Positions 25,162 to 37,137 are shown, counted from the first letter of the stretch. The stretch: DNA of 64,000 bases from Dicyema japonicum (GCA_011109175.1 RDEW01000023.1:862468-926467); one strand, 5' to 3'. Made by a program: numbers and translations. Notes: a model not told the origin generated them from the sequence alone.

Positions 25162-28100
25162 AAAATTAAATTATTAACCCCGGCTTCGCCAGCAAGTGGG
25201 AAGCCGGCGACCATCAGAGAGCGTGCAGTCCGGACAGGCCGCTCCCAGAGATCCTCGACTTTTGCATCCGGTGGTCCAGGGCAGGGAAAAAGGTCCCGAA
25301 CTACTCTGCCAGCCAGAAAAGGGTGGTGTCCACATCGTAGGCGAGCCAGTCCGATTCTGATCTTCCTCGGGAGCGATTGTTCCGTTGGACTGATATCAGG
25401 GGGGAAGCGCTCCAAGACTTTGTTATATTGAAGTGTCCTAATGGCCCGTGTTGAGATGAAATCATGGATTCGGCGGGTCCAAGTTGAGTCTTCTTGAGGG
25501 GGGGTGATCTTCGACAAGGCTCTTTGTAGGTCAAAGAGGGTCCTGCGTATGTATCTGCGGTTATTGTTACTTAGCAGCGTGAACTGGGTGATTCGGGTCG
25601 AACGACTGCCGTAGGAATTGTAAATTACGCATTTCCAGGTGGTCATAGAGCGGGAGGATTTTCGACTCCCAATGTAAATGGTCGGTGGGGGTTGACTTTA
25701 ACAGCCAGTTATTATTCTCAGCGCCGAGTTTTGCACTTTCTGCAGTTCTTGAGAAAGGGACAAGGAGATTGAGGGGGCCCAACTTGGTGAGGCGTAGTTG
25801 AGTGTAGTCCTGATGAACTGTTTGTAGAGAAGAGTTAAGTTTTCTTTTTGCTGACCGTTTGAGTGGCCAGCTACTGCCCGTAATATGTTAAGTTTCCGCT
25901 TGGCTTTTGTCATTACTTCCTCCACTTGTCTGTTGAAACAGAGTGAAGGATCGAAGACAACTCCAAGGATCTTCGGGTATTTATTTAAGGGGAGTGGTTC
26001 GTCCAACGAGAGTGTGGGGTTTAGGTTGAATTGTCTTCGATCGGTTGTGAACAGGGTAGCTGATGACTTCGAGGTGGAAACACTCATCCAGTTTAAGTTC
26101 ATCCAGTCGGATAGCAAGTTCAGGTGGTACTGCACTTTTTCGGTGGCCAGTCGAACATCGCCACTCCTGGATGCGATTACTAGATCATCGGCATATGTCA
26201 ATAGTAACGTATTTTGGGTTGTTGGGATGTCTTTGACGTAAAGGTTGAAAAGTGAGGGTGAAAGGACTGATCCCTGGGGAACACCGTTTGGTAGGAGTCG
26301 ATATCTTGATAGATTTGAATATAGACACGTATGACCCAGTCTTCCCGAGAGGAAATTTGTGAGCCATGACTTCCATACAGAGGGAATATTTGAAGAATAG
26401 ATCTTGTTGCAGAGGACCACACGGGAGATTCTGTCGAAAGCTTTAGTTAGGTCAATAGAGGCCAAGACAGTTCGTTCCGGGGGTTTGCAGTTGTTGAAAC
26501 CGTTGGAGATGTATTGGGTTAGTGTCAGTAAGTGCGTGGTGGTCGAGTGTAAAGGACGGAAACCATGTTGTGAGTCGGAGAGGTCGAGGTAGGGGGTGAT
26601 TTCGTTAAGAATGATCCTTTCGAGGATTTTTGAGACAACAGATGTTAAGGAAATTGGCCTGAACGAAGAGGGCAAGGAGGAGGCTTTGTTGTTCTTGAGT
26701 ATTGGGATAATGTTCGACTTCTTCCATAACATCGGGATGAAACACCTGTTGATGGAGAATTCGTAGATATCTTTAAGTGCCAAGAGCCCGTTTGGACCGA
26801 GGTGCTTTAGGTGGAATATGCTGATCCGATCGGGTCCCGTGGCTGGTGAGTTTCTTGAGTTTGTAATGAGGTTTTGAACATGACTTACTGATACTTCGAA
26901 TCGTGCCTTTGTTACCCTTGGGGGTTTAGTAATATGAGGTCGATTTTCTTTATTCATTGGAATATGACTCATTTTGCAATAGTGAGTCATCAAGTCATTT
27001 GCCTGGCAGTGGAAATCTTTCGTTTGGTTGTCCTTTCCAAGTCTACCTCCATGGGTTGTGCTCGATTCGGTTTGATTTGATTGTATTTCTCTGATAAATC
27101 TCCAGAAACTTTGGGGTTTTGATTTTGGATTCAATCGAGAGACGAAAGTGGACCACTTCTCCTTTTTGAGCTCCGTAATGAGGTGGGTTATCTTCTTGTT
27201 TAGGGAAGAAATTTCATCTTGGAGTTGCTGGTTGGTTGTTCGGGAACGTTTTAGGCGTCTTCTCTCACAGATGAGATCCAATATTTCTTTGTTGAAAAAT
27301 AGTTTGTAATCATGGATGAATCCTTTAGGGACGTGCTTTCTATCCGCCGAAAGGATGGCTGAGTTGAAATGTGCAATGGCTTTGTCTGGAGAGGTAAAAT
27401 TTTCACAGAGAAGTTTTCCAGCGACGTTTCGACGTCAACCGTGAAGTCGATCCATCTCGCCCTTTTGTAGTTCACATAGGTTCGCCTCGACATAGTTCGT
27501 CCGAAATGCAAGAAGATGTCGATCAGAATAGGGTTATGATCTGAGGGTAAGTCATATCTGACATCCCAGTAGATCGATTTTGCAAGGGGAGCTGAGCATA
27601 TGGAGAGGTCGGGAGACGTGTTAGGATCCCCAGGGCGTGTTCCACATCTCGTGTGTTGGCGGGGGTTATTAATATCACTAGGTGTTCCAGTTCAGAGATC
27701 ACTTGTTTCCCTCTGTGGTCCGAATTCTGGTTTCGGAACCATAGTGGATCTTTAGCGTTTAGATCGCCGCAAATAACTATGTTTTCGTATAGTTGAAGGA
27801 ATTCTAGGTTTGGTCGGTAACTCTTCTGGCAGCAAGACGAAGGGGGAATGTAGATATTCAGAATTGTGTAAGGAGTTGACATAATATTGATGGTGATGGA
27901 TAGCAATTCCATATGTTTATCAGAAGCCGCTGTCAATGTGTGGTCAGTGGTATCCGTGAATGGGATGGAGTTGTGAATGAGGGTGACCAGGCCACCACCG
28001 TGAGATCCATTTGATCGCTCAGAACGGAGCAAAGAGTAGTTTTTGAATTTTGGTGTTTGGGAGAAGGCAGACAAACGTGACTCCTGTAGAAGGGCAATGT

Positions 28101-28399
28101 CAATGCGGTGTTTAACAAAGTACTCAGCCAATTCGGTATGTTTCGAGGTGATTCCATTGGTGTTAAGTTGTAAGATTCTGATGGGTCTATTCTGCGGCCC
28201 TGGGTTTAGTTCAATGTCACCGGATGTCAGGAGGGATTCTTGGGAGCGAAAGCTTCGTGCCCGCTCAATGGTCGCCATCGAGATCTCCTTGAAGAGAGAC
28301 GATAGGGAAATAGTGTGGTTCTTTTTCATGTGTGCTGTGTAGGGCACAGGCACAACCAAATGACACCTCTTGTGAGCCACAACGTCATACAAGGGGAAG
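25162..28399 (-). mobile_element. Apparently full-length (~3.2 kb) Ingi/Vingi-like LINE: 2A-like peptide, APE and RT, with a few frameshifts
   Basis: ORF 27523-28419: GDIELNPGP, LQLNTNG, LQES, IYIPP, GDLNA. ORF 25698-27281: full RT with YADD. C-terminal PPDISPTEQSLPR..LARLRCG. TGGTTTTT direct repeat at 25154-25161 / 28400-28407 is the probable TSD. No ORF1, no RNase H. Confidence 0.88.
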
Positions 28400-28495
28400 T
28401 GGTTTTTGTTATAAACCAATAATCAAATTAACAAAAATATAAAGTTCAAATTAAATTATTATTTAAAATAGTAATTTAAATTTGCTGACTTCGTG

Positions 28496-28999
28496 ATGGG
28501 TAATAAAATCAGAACGATAAATCTGAACTCACAACTCTCCTCAAAAACGCAATGAAATTGCAGTATAAAATGAAATCTTTACTAAAGCAATCCTTAGTGT
28601 CCCTGGAAAAGCAAATATACGCATTTGAAGGCAGCTATCTAGAGGAAACCTTCAAATACGGGAATATCGTCACTGGCTGGGATGACTATCTTCTAACAGG
28701 TAAGTTTTTCCCACATATCTAGCAGAATTCAATCTCCTGACCAGAAGCCGAAGAGAGTGAAGGAGAGTGATCGAATATTTTCTAATTCCTCAACTACATA
28801 CAAACAGGTTGCTATTTCGATGATTTTAGATCGTTGGAAGGGATCTCTCAAATGTGTGCACTGAAGATGAGGGGGAAACTGAAGATGTCAAAAGTGATAG
28901 AGAGGATGCCTTTGTGTATTCTTTCGACAAGCTTCGTTAACTTCCCCCTCCCCTTCTCTGGATAAATCCAGGAAGCGTCCATCAACTATTAGAAACTGA
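28496..28999 (+). CDS. MEAF6: MEAF6/Eaf6 (NuA4/MYST acetyltransferase complex subunit)
   Basis: [25 protein letters not shown] and [11 protein letters not shown] are Eaf6 signatures. Introns at 28563-28587 (25 nt), 28700-28722 (23 nt) and 28808-28829 (22 nt). About three single-base homopolymer corrections are needed; the 3' end is approximate. Confidence 0.85.
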
Positions 29000-29014
29000 T
29001 TTTGATTTTTAATC

Positions 29015-29160
29015 TTTTTATTTTCACTTTGTGTATGGCCATTCCGATCTTTTGTTGCAGCCATAACCCTTCTCGTTGATCCCTTTTTTTCTGGCAAGCT
29101 TTCCTCCGAGTTCGCGCAAGAATTCAGCCGTCATTGGAGCAACGGCTCCCGATGACTTTG
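29015..29160 (-). mobile_element. CRE-clade 3' fragment
   Basis: Close nucleotide match to 7600-7715 (ATAACCCTTCTCGTTGATCC..CAGCCGTCATTGGA). Confidence 0.7.
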
Positions 29161-29199
29161 TGTATAAATTAGTTTATTCACACTTTGACTGGCACCATA

Positions 29200-30080
29200 C
29201 ATCTTTGCTGTCTTCAATCGACTCAGGAGATATCGAATATAAGAATTTCACAAATTTTGTTGAAAGATGAAGGAGCGTGGAAAAGTCTGTTCTGAGGAAG
29301 AAATTATTATTTTTTAATTCTCGAACATTCTAGAAATAATTTAGAATGATATCGCTACCTCCGATGAATGATTTGGTGAGGTGCGATTTATTATATTACG
29401 GAAGATGATCCTCCTCAAGATATCAATGATATTGTCTATGCTTCTCAGTGTGCATATTTGGCTTTAAATATGAAAGTAAGGACTGAGAGCATTTGCTAGA
29501 AAATGTGGAGAAGAAAATTTCAAAGTTATCATCTCAATTGGAACTTGTTAATGGCTATTTCATACAAGCTCTGCCTGTTTCGGAAAAGCAAAAAGTGATT
29601 GATGGTCTTGTTGTTATGGATACAGAAAGTCTAAAAAAGGTGAGTTGACAAGGATTAATGCTTTATTAAATAACTTGATCAGAATTAAGAATAACTGTAC
29701 ATTTTTTGAGGATGGACTTACATGAGACATTTTTATTAAGAAAATTGAATATTTACATGGTTTTTATGCACTGAGATTAATCGAATGCCAAGAAGTTGGT
29801 TTTATACAGGAATAACCTATTTAATCCCTAAAAAGATGAATTTGAGACTTCAAGGGATTTACATCTTATAACGTGTATGCCGATATTACATAAACTTGCT
29901 ACCAAATTTGTTAATGCCAAACTTTTAGATTTTGTGGATTCGTTTGGGTTAATATCTAAAATCAGCTGGAGACGAAAAACATTACAGGGAGTTAAAGAAC
30001 ATACCCTTATAATCAATGCTTAAATAAGGAGTATGGAAACGCCCTTTATTCTCATGAGTTAATGTGAAGAAGACCTTTGA
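29200..30080 (+). mobile_element. HERO/NeSL-like fragment (pre-RT and start of RT)
   Basis: PQDINDIVYASQCAY resembles PTNISDITDTVYAGQRAY at ~38.25 kb; QGVKEH..NKEYGNAL...VNVKKTFDS is an RT motif. Confidence 0.55.
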
Positions 30081-31320
30081 TTCTTAACAGATAACATAAT
30101 TTATTCGCAAAACCCCAACTAAATAAACAAGGTAAGAGCCATTAACTAAAGAGGAAAGCCAAGATTTGGGGTCGTCTATATCGGGGCACTTTCATGAGAC
30201 ACCGTATGTCTCTTCTCCGTAAAAAGCCCCAATTACAATGCGAGTTTCACAAGCAATGTAATAAATCACCGATTCTTCTCGTTTTTCTTTCGTGTTCGTC
30301 ATCAAATTCAGATGGTAAATCCAATCCATGTGCGAGTTTAATTGCATAGTTTCGACTGAAGTTAAAACTTTAACTTTCCAGACTTCATCCATTTTACAAG
30401 GCATTTTCTGGCTTGATTGGTTGTTACACAACCATAGTCAGTATGTTTAGCGTTCATGTCCCCAACAAGGATTGGATATTCATTGTTTTCCATAAATTTG
30501 TCAACAGTCCATGGATACTCTCGTAGTTTTTTAGAATAGATTCCTCCGATAGTTATCCATCCCATGGTTGTTTGTAGTTGAATGCTTGCTAGTTCACTAA
30601 GATTTTCTTCATTGATCGTGGGTAGTCTTGTATTTAAAGAAGTTTTGTAGTAAATTAAAGTTCCTGTTCCAGCACAAGAACCAGTCTTACAAAAAAATAT
30701 CTAATGAGTCGTATCCATCAATTTTAAATGGTCTTTTCTTCAATTTAGTTTTGTTTATAATTAGAATATCCATCTGGATCGTGCTGGCTATAGCAACCAG
30801 CACTGAGGCCCGTTTCCAAAGAGAACAGGCATTAATCAGGGTTATCTGACTACTTCTGGTTTTTTCGGTGGCTGCCCTCTTTTCTTAAGAGAGGCACTCT
30901 CTTCTCTGTGTTGAAGCTTCTACTGTTTCTTTTTTAGAAGGTTTCTTATTATATGTCTATTCCAGCCAGTTTTAATTTCTTATTCGTTCCAATTTTGGAA
31001 ACTTCACTTTCTCCATTATGGGCAATTTCTCGTTTTAGAGATAATTTTCCATTCGATTCTTGCTTTCCTTTTGGTCAATTTTGTTTTTCTTCGCTATGTT
31101 AGCTTCAACAGCCTTGGAACATCTTCCATATTGGCAAAGTGGCTGGATGAACCGCAATTCAAACGACTTATTATTGTTTGTAACCGGACACTGCGATCTT
31201 CTATGTGGACCAGAACAAACAAGGCATCTTTCAACATATCTCCATTAGGCCTGCAGATGTTTATCAACCTCGTAGTATATTCCTTCGTCTTGTAGCATCA
31301 GTGGCACCACTTACTCACCA
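30075..31320 (-). mobile_element. Internally deleted Jockey/I-group LINE (family 'W'): ORF1 zinc knuckles, APE and 3' end, RT missing
   Basis: RCLVCSGPHRRSQC and NCGSSSH (gag CCHC), APE motif VGDMNAKH; 30075-30348 duplicates 31326-31606. Confidence 0.75.
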
Positions 31321-31325
31321 GTGGA

Positions 31326-32760
31326 CTTTGATTCTTAAGATAACAGATAACATGATTTATTCGCAAAACCCCAACTAACTAAACAAGGTAAGAGCCATTA
31401 ACTAAAGAGGAAAGCCAAGATTTGGGGTCGTCTATATCGGGGCACTCTCATGAGACACCGTATGTCTCTTCTCCGTAAAAAGCCCCAATTACAATGCGAG
31501 TTTCCACAAGCAATGTAATAAATCACCGATTCTTCTCGTTTTTCTTTCGTATTCGTCATCAATTTCAGATGCTAAATCCAATCCATGTGCGAGTTTAATT
31601 GCATACCTTCTTGTCTTTTCTAATTTAGTTAGTAGGACTGATTCCTCCTCTGTTTTAAACCAACCTTGATATCCATATATTAGGAAAGGTTCAATACACG
31701 TTTTGTAGACAAACATAAAAGTATCTGGAGACAAATGAAAGCGGAGTAGGGACTTGAGCATTCCCGTAGCTTTCTCTCTTCGTATTTTGATGTGCTCTTT
31801 AAACGATCCTTTTTTGTTAATGCATACTCCAAGGTATATCAGGTTTTCCGAGAACTTAACATTCCCTGTATCAACATATTGATTCTTCCTATTTCTCGCT
31901 ATCCAGGTTACAGAACTTTTTTCTCTTGATAATGTCAATCCATTATTCCGACACCAATCTTCGATTTTCGACATATGAGCTAATGTTCTTTTCCATGATA
32001 TTGATTTATTTATACTAGTGTCCAAAATTAGAATGTCGTCTGCGTAAATTATCATTTTGGTATTGATGTGTCCGGTTTTGGCACCTCGCTCATTATACAG
32101 TTAAAGAGGAGGGGACTCAAAATTGAACCTTGTGGAACACCTCTACTTAGTTTTATCTTTTTAGAGAGCATATTTCCCACACGAATATAAGACTCTCTTC
32201 CCATAAGGAAGTCTCTAATCCACATGAGCGCCGACTTTCCAATGTTCGCTTTTGACAATGTCTCGAGAAGTCCCTCATGCCAGACACTGTCAAAAGCCTT
32301 GGATATGTCCAAACACGTTGCAGTAAGGTATTCTTTCTTACTTATAGATTCTTGAATTGACTTCCTAAGTTCTCGGATGCAGTCTTCAGTTCCTCTATTT
32401 TTACGGAACCCCCACTGATTGTTTGCAAGAAAATTGTTTTCCTCAACCACTTTTGATAATCTATTGAAGACAATTTTCTCCATAATTTTTGAAGTTGAAC
32501 AAATAAGACTAATTGGTCTATAATTTTCTGGATTAGATCTTGATTTTCCTTTCTTTCCAATCATCCGAACAATCGACTTTTTCCAGGTCGATGGAACGTG
32601 AGCAAGTTTCCACGAGGCATTATAAAGCATGGTTAATGCATCAATTAACATAGCATTTGCATTCTTGAATATTTTCATTGGGATAAAATCCCATCCAGGG
32701 GTTTTGTTCTTGCAGCTACAAATCGCAATTTTTACTTCTTCAGGGGAAATAGGGTACACA
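31326..32760 (-). mobile_element. 5'-truncated LINE W (RT and 3' UTR)
   Basis: ORFs 32052-32759 and 31489-32055: YRPISL, QWGFR, LDISKAFDSVWH, GVPQGSILSPLLF, YADD. Confidence 0.9.
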
Positions 32761-33116
32761 TAGGACCCTTCATTGACACCATCCTATCATAGTGATGATT
32801 ATTGCTTTTGATTCTTTTGATCATTCCTAGCATTAAATGAGTATGCTGATTTGCTACTAAACAATATAAAAATCCTTTAGTTTAATGCATATTCTGCCTT
32901 GGTAAAAGTAGCTATTTCACTAATAACATAAATCCTACCAAAAGATCAAAATTTTAAAACCGACAATATTAATGAGTATTTGATTTTATTATAGAGTTTA
33001 GTTTTGTTAATTTATTAACACTTACAATTTTTTGATTTTATAGGTAAAAAAATGTTATTTTTGCAAATTTAAAAAAAATTAATTAAAATATTAGTTTTCT
33101 AACCAAAAAAATGTAG

Positions 33117-33327
33117 GCTATACAGAAGCCGCCTTGGTGGCTATTCCCTATCGAGACTAGAAGTATGAGCAGGAAGTCTATCATTTTCTTAAGAAACTGG
33201 GACGCCTGGTTACACATGGAAACGAGGACGTCGCAACAAGTGGCCCATGCGTATGTGTGGGGCATGTGACATAATACATCATCTTGATGATAAAAAGTGG
33301 ACAACACATGTGTATGAGCACAAATAA
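33117..33327 (+). CDS. Small spliced C2H2-type zinc-finger ORF, 5' end unknown
   Basis: Removing a 31-nt GT-AG intron (33163-33193) gives AIQKPPWWLFPIETRKTGTPGYTWKRGRRNKWPMRMCGACDIIHHLDDKKWTTHVYEHK* (C-x2-C-x13-H-x3-H); a 23-nt GT-AG segment (33094-33116) precedes it. Confidence 0.4.
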
Positions 33328-33939
33328 AATCATAAAAACTAAACTGTGTGACATAGATAATATATAAAAAAATAACAAGACTATGAATTTAGATGAAGTT
33401 CTTATTGCTAATTTTGTTTGTAATCCAAAATATAATTAGTTCTCAAATTGATGTTAATTTTTGTTATATTCAAGTTGTCCGACGAAAACGAGGACCAACA
33501 TGAATTAGAAAAAAAAGGTTGTGACAACATACTATTTAAGGATTCAGATTTTTTAAGAATCTTTTCAGGAGGAAAAAACCTTCGAGAAGACTAAGATCAA
33601 AACCACGGCTTCTAAGGAGGAGGACCAAAAAAAAATTATTAACAGAAGACAGTTCTTCAGATCGAACAATGTTTTATAATATTATGAAGGACCTTGGAGT
33701 TCAACTAATTAAAGAAATTGGAATTCCTGCAATAGCGAGTCAAGTCATTCCATCAACAAGCGGTGAGGTTTATAACACGGGGGACAATTATGGTGGGTCA
33801 AATGCAGAGATGAGTGGGGGCTCAGAATAACATTGACTAACGTACTAATAATTAACGTTACTTAGTAAGAACGTTCGAGAATTAATAATCTAAATAATAA
33901 TTGACTTGTTCCTTTTCAAAGTCGACTAGTTAAGTTCCT

Positions 33940-34248
33940 GCTGGGTGGCATAGTGGTTAGTGTCGGGCTAGGTTACGGGTTCAATTCTCGCTGCTGTTCA
34001 CCTGATGGAAGGTTCCACGCATCTACGATGCCAAAAAGTTTGACGAGTGACGCCGTCATCAGTGGATACACACTGCGGAACTAGATTGTCTAGAAAGGAC
34101 CCACACACAAGAAAAAGAAAAAAGAAGTGATCATTCCTTGGTTCTACGATTAGTTAAAATTAACTGTTCTTTGCTTAAATAAAGTGTGTGTCCTGCCTAT
34201 GCGGAGCTATAAATATTATGGTTCTCCTGAAAAGGCTGTTATTATTAT
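33940..34248 (+). mobile_element. tRNA-derived SINE, copy 2
   Basis: A and B boxes, (TTA)n tail, perfect 13-bp TSD TAGTTAAGTTCCT (33927-33939 / 34249-34261). Confidence 0.93.
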
Positions 34249-34734
34249 TAGTTAAGTTCCTAAAAATATTTATGACACGAAATTCGAACACAGAGCATAT
34301 TGTATCTGAAACTTCACTTTGGTATATTACACTATCTCCTGGGTCGATCATTTCGTATATTCGCAACAAAAGTAAAACGAGAGGTCACATTAAACTTGAG
34401 TGGGAGATATTTCATGTGTCAATACCTCAACCATCGACTGTCCAACTCTATGCATGCTACGGTTGCTTCCAATTTACGAAGAGCCGTATTAGCTATAGCT
34501 TCTCTTAAACAAGACACACATTTTATTTAAATAAAAAACAATTATCATAATAAATCGATAGGGAAAACCAAGGAATGCTCTGCTTTTGTAGACAATCCAG
34601 TTCGGCAGTAAATATGTTCACAGATGAGACAAACCATCTCACTATTATTGCGTTAATATTTTGTTTCAATAATTAAAACTATTAACAAATATATTGGCCG
34701 GAAAAGTCTCCAATTTACTATTTAATATGGAAGA

Positions 34735-35115
34735 CAGGTACCTTGATAAACATTTACAAACAATACATCGAACCATGCTTCTCGTACGCGTGTGCTTCCT
34801 GGGGACCTTCATTATCATGGACGAACATTAAGAAAATCGAGGACGTTCAAAAGAAGGCATTCAGAATCACGGAGCGGTGGTCTTGTGGGAGACACAGAAC
34901 CGGACCGACTACTCTGGAGGCCCTCATTAAACAAAACTCCAGCATGCAAGAAATTGGCCCTGCAAATACAGTCAGCCGCCCAGTAAGAGCTTGTGTGGGT
35001 ACGAGAGAAGAGCACCGGGAAAAAATGAGGATTTTGGCGGAACGCATCGAAATCACGTGATAGTTAATTTTGGTTTTACCGTGGTCTTGGGTGTTAAATA
35101 AAATAAAAATAAATA
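34735..35115 (+). mobile_element. LINE 3' fragment
   Basis: YKQYIEPCFSYACASWGP..VQKKAFRIT..EHREKMRILAERIEIT* then GTGGTCTTGGGTGTTAAATAAAA tail. Confidence 0.8.
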
Positions 35116-36825
35116 GATCAAACTAGTGATTTTTTAAATAAAAAAAGAAAACGATCGTCAATCATAGAAAGATTCAATTAAAAAAATTTAATTGATCTAC
35201 ATCTCGAAAATTGAGCTAAATTCTTTATGCATCGTTTTTCCCCACCCATCCTAGTTTTTGTAGTCAGGCGGTATCCAGCTACAATAAATTCAAAAAATAC
35301 TGGAAGGTATCCTCTACAATGCCTCTGGAATTCTAATCCATATAAACCGAAAAGAGTGATAGTGCGACATCGAACATTCAGTTATGAGCCTTGTTGTTAG
35401 CTAAAAGTAGGAGTATTAGACCAAGTTAAGAACTCTGTTGGAGCATGCCGGGATCAATTGAGTAGTAGAGTTTAGAGACGCTCAAAGCATTTAGGATTAC
35501 ACAATGGCGATTATGAATCGGTTTTCCTAAGATTTTTGCAACAAAAATCATGTTAAAAAAGTAATCAATTTTTTCTTAGGCATCCACGAACGTTCGTTTA
35601 TCATATCAAAATAAAAAAAATCTATATATATAAAGTTTGCTATTCAAGTCTCATTTGAAAATTACTATGTGCATGTTTAATATTATTATTATTACCCTCA
35701 GGATCACTGGGTCAAAGAGAAAGAAATAAAAGTTATCATCTAACTAAGTGATCCCAGACCGACAAAAAAGGACGAGTCCGACGGGGTCGATAATCCTGAA
35801 CAGCTCTTCTAATTGGACATGACATCGGCTCAAAATTTCTGTATGATTGTAGATAATTCGATAGTGTATGGAATAGAGGGCAGCTCGGTAAAATAGCCTC
35901 CTTTAAGAGCTTCCGTTGTAATTCGATTAAAAGTGGAGACAATAAAAACATTTATCAGATCGCATTTTATTTGTAAATTTTTTTTAAAGAATGTAAATTT
36001 TTTAGAAAAAATATTATATTTTATCTAAAGGTATTATATATTTATCAAATTGGAAAAATATAATTTTATTAAAACTTGTCTGTCTAGCATTGTTTGTTGT
36101 GAATGCTATACTCGCATTACTTTTAATGAAAAAACTCAATGTTAATTATAAAGAAATGATGTTATTTCGTACCATCAATTCGCTGATAGATTATCACACT
36201 GTTTCAAAAATAATAAATAATCTTTTACAGAGGAAAGACAATATTTTGAAAGATTCTAAAAAATAGCAACCGGTTTTATAGTCAAACAGTTTCCAAAGCT
36301 TGAAGAGAAGCCCGCGAAAGGGTAGATAGCACTATTGATTAGTCTGTTGACTAAACTTGTAGTAGATCGGATTATGTTCGATCCCGCCACCGCTTTGCTT
36401 GCTAAGATGAGACTTTAATAATCATCAATCCTGCCGCCGCTGGAGCTGCAGAAGGATCGAATTTTATTGACAACAGACTTTTCTGAGATACCAGGAACTG
36501 GATGAATGCAAGGTAGAACAACATCAATTTAATCTATTGGCATCGGTGAGCGTTTCTTAGCGATTGTGGGCAAGGTTGAGGCCGAATATGATGCAATAGT
36601 TCCATTTGACTAAACCACCCTAAAAGATGTAAATATCCCTTTCGATTAGTTTTTGTCCAATTCTTCTATGTAGATAATTGCTTATGGTTGACTCCATACT
36701 ATTCTCAAGTCATATTAAAGAGATACCGCGAAAAAGAGATTATAATTCGGAAGAAGAGATTATAAATGTCCGCCTCCGGTCAGATAAATTTTTCCATTTT
36801 CTAAAAAGCCTGCAGTTCCTGTTTA

Positions 36826-37137
36826 GCCGGGTGGCTTAGTGGTTAGGTGTCGAGCTTAAGTGGCTTAGGCTACGGGTTCGAATCTCGCTGCTGTTCACCT
36901 GGTGGAAGGTTCCACGCATCTACTATGCGGAAAGGGTTTGACGAGTGACGCCGTCATCAGTGAATACTCACTGCGGAACTGGATTGTCTAGAAAGGACAC
37001 TCACACAAGAAAAAGAAAAAAGAAGTGAAGATCATTCTTGGTTCTAAGAAGTGATCTTTACTTAAATAAAGTGTGTGTCCTGCCTATGCGGAGCTAATAC
37101 CACGGCTCCGTGAAAAAGGCTGTTATTAGTATTATTA
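36826..37137 (+). mobile_element. tRNA-derived SINE, copy 3
   Basis: A-box, canonical B-box GGTTCGAATC, TSD TTCCTGTTTAG (36816-36826 / 37138-37148). Confidence 0.93.

Noticed and set aside
25885-28342. Plus-strand ORFs overlapping the Ingi-like LINE
   Set aside because: Antisense shadows of the RT/APE frame with no recognisable motifs.
28330-28399. HDV-like ribozyme at the 5' end of the Ingi-like LINE (known for L1Tc/Ingi)
   Set aside because: Only a simple hairpin or weak pseudoknot is visible; I could not place P3/L3, P4 or the catalytic J4/2.
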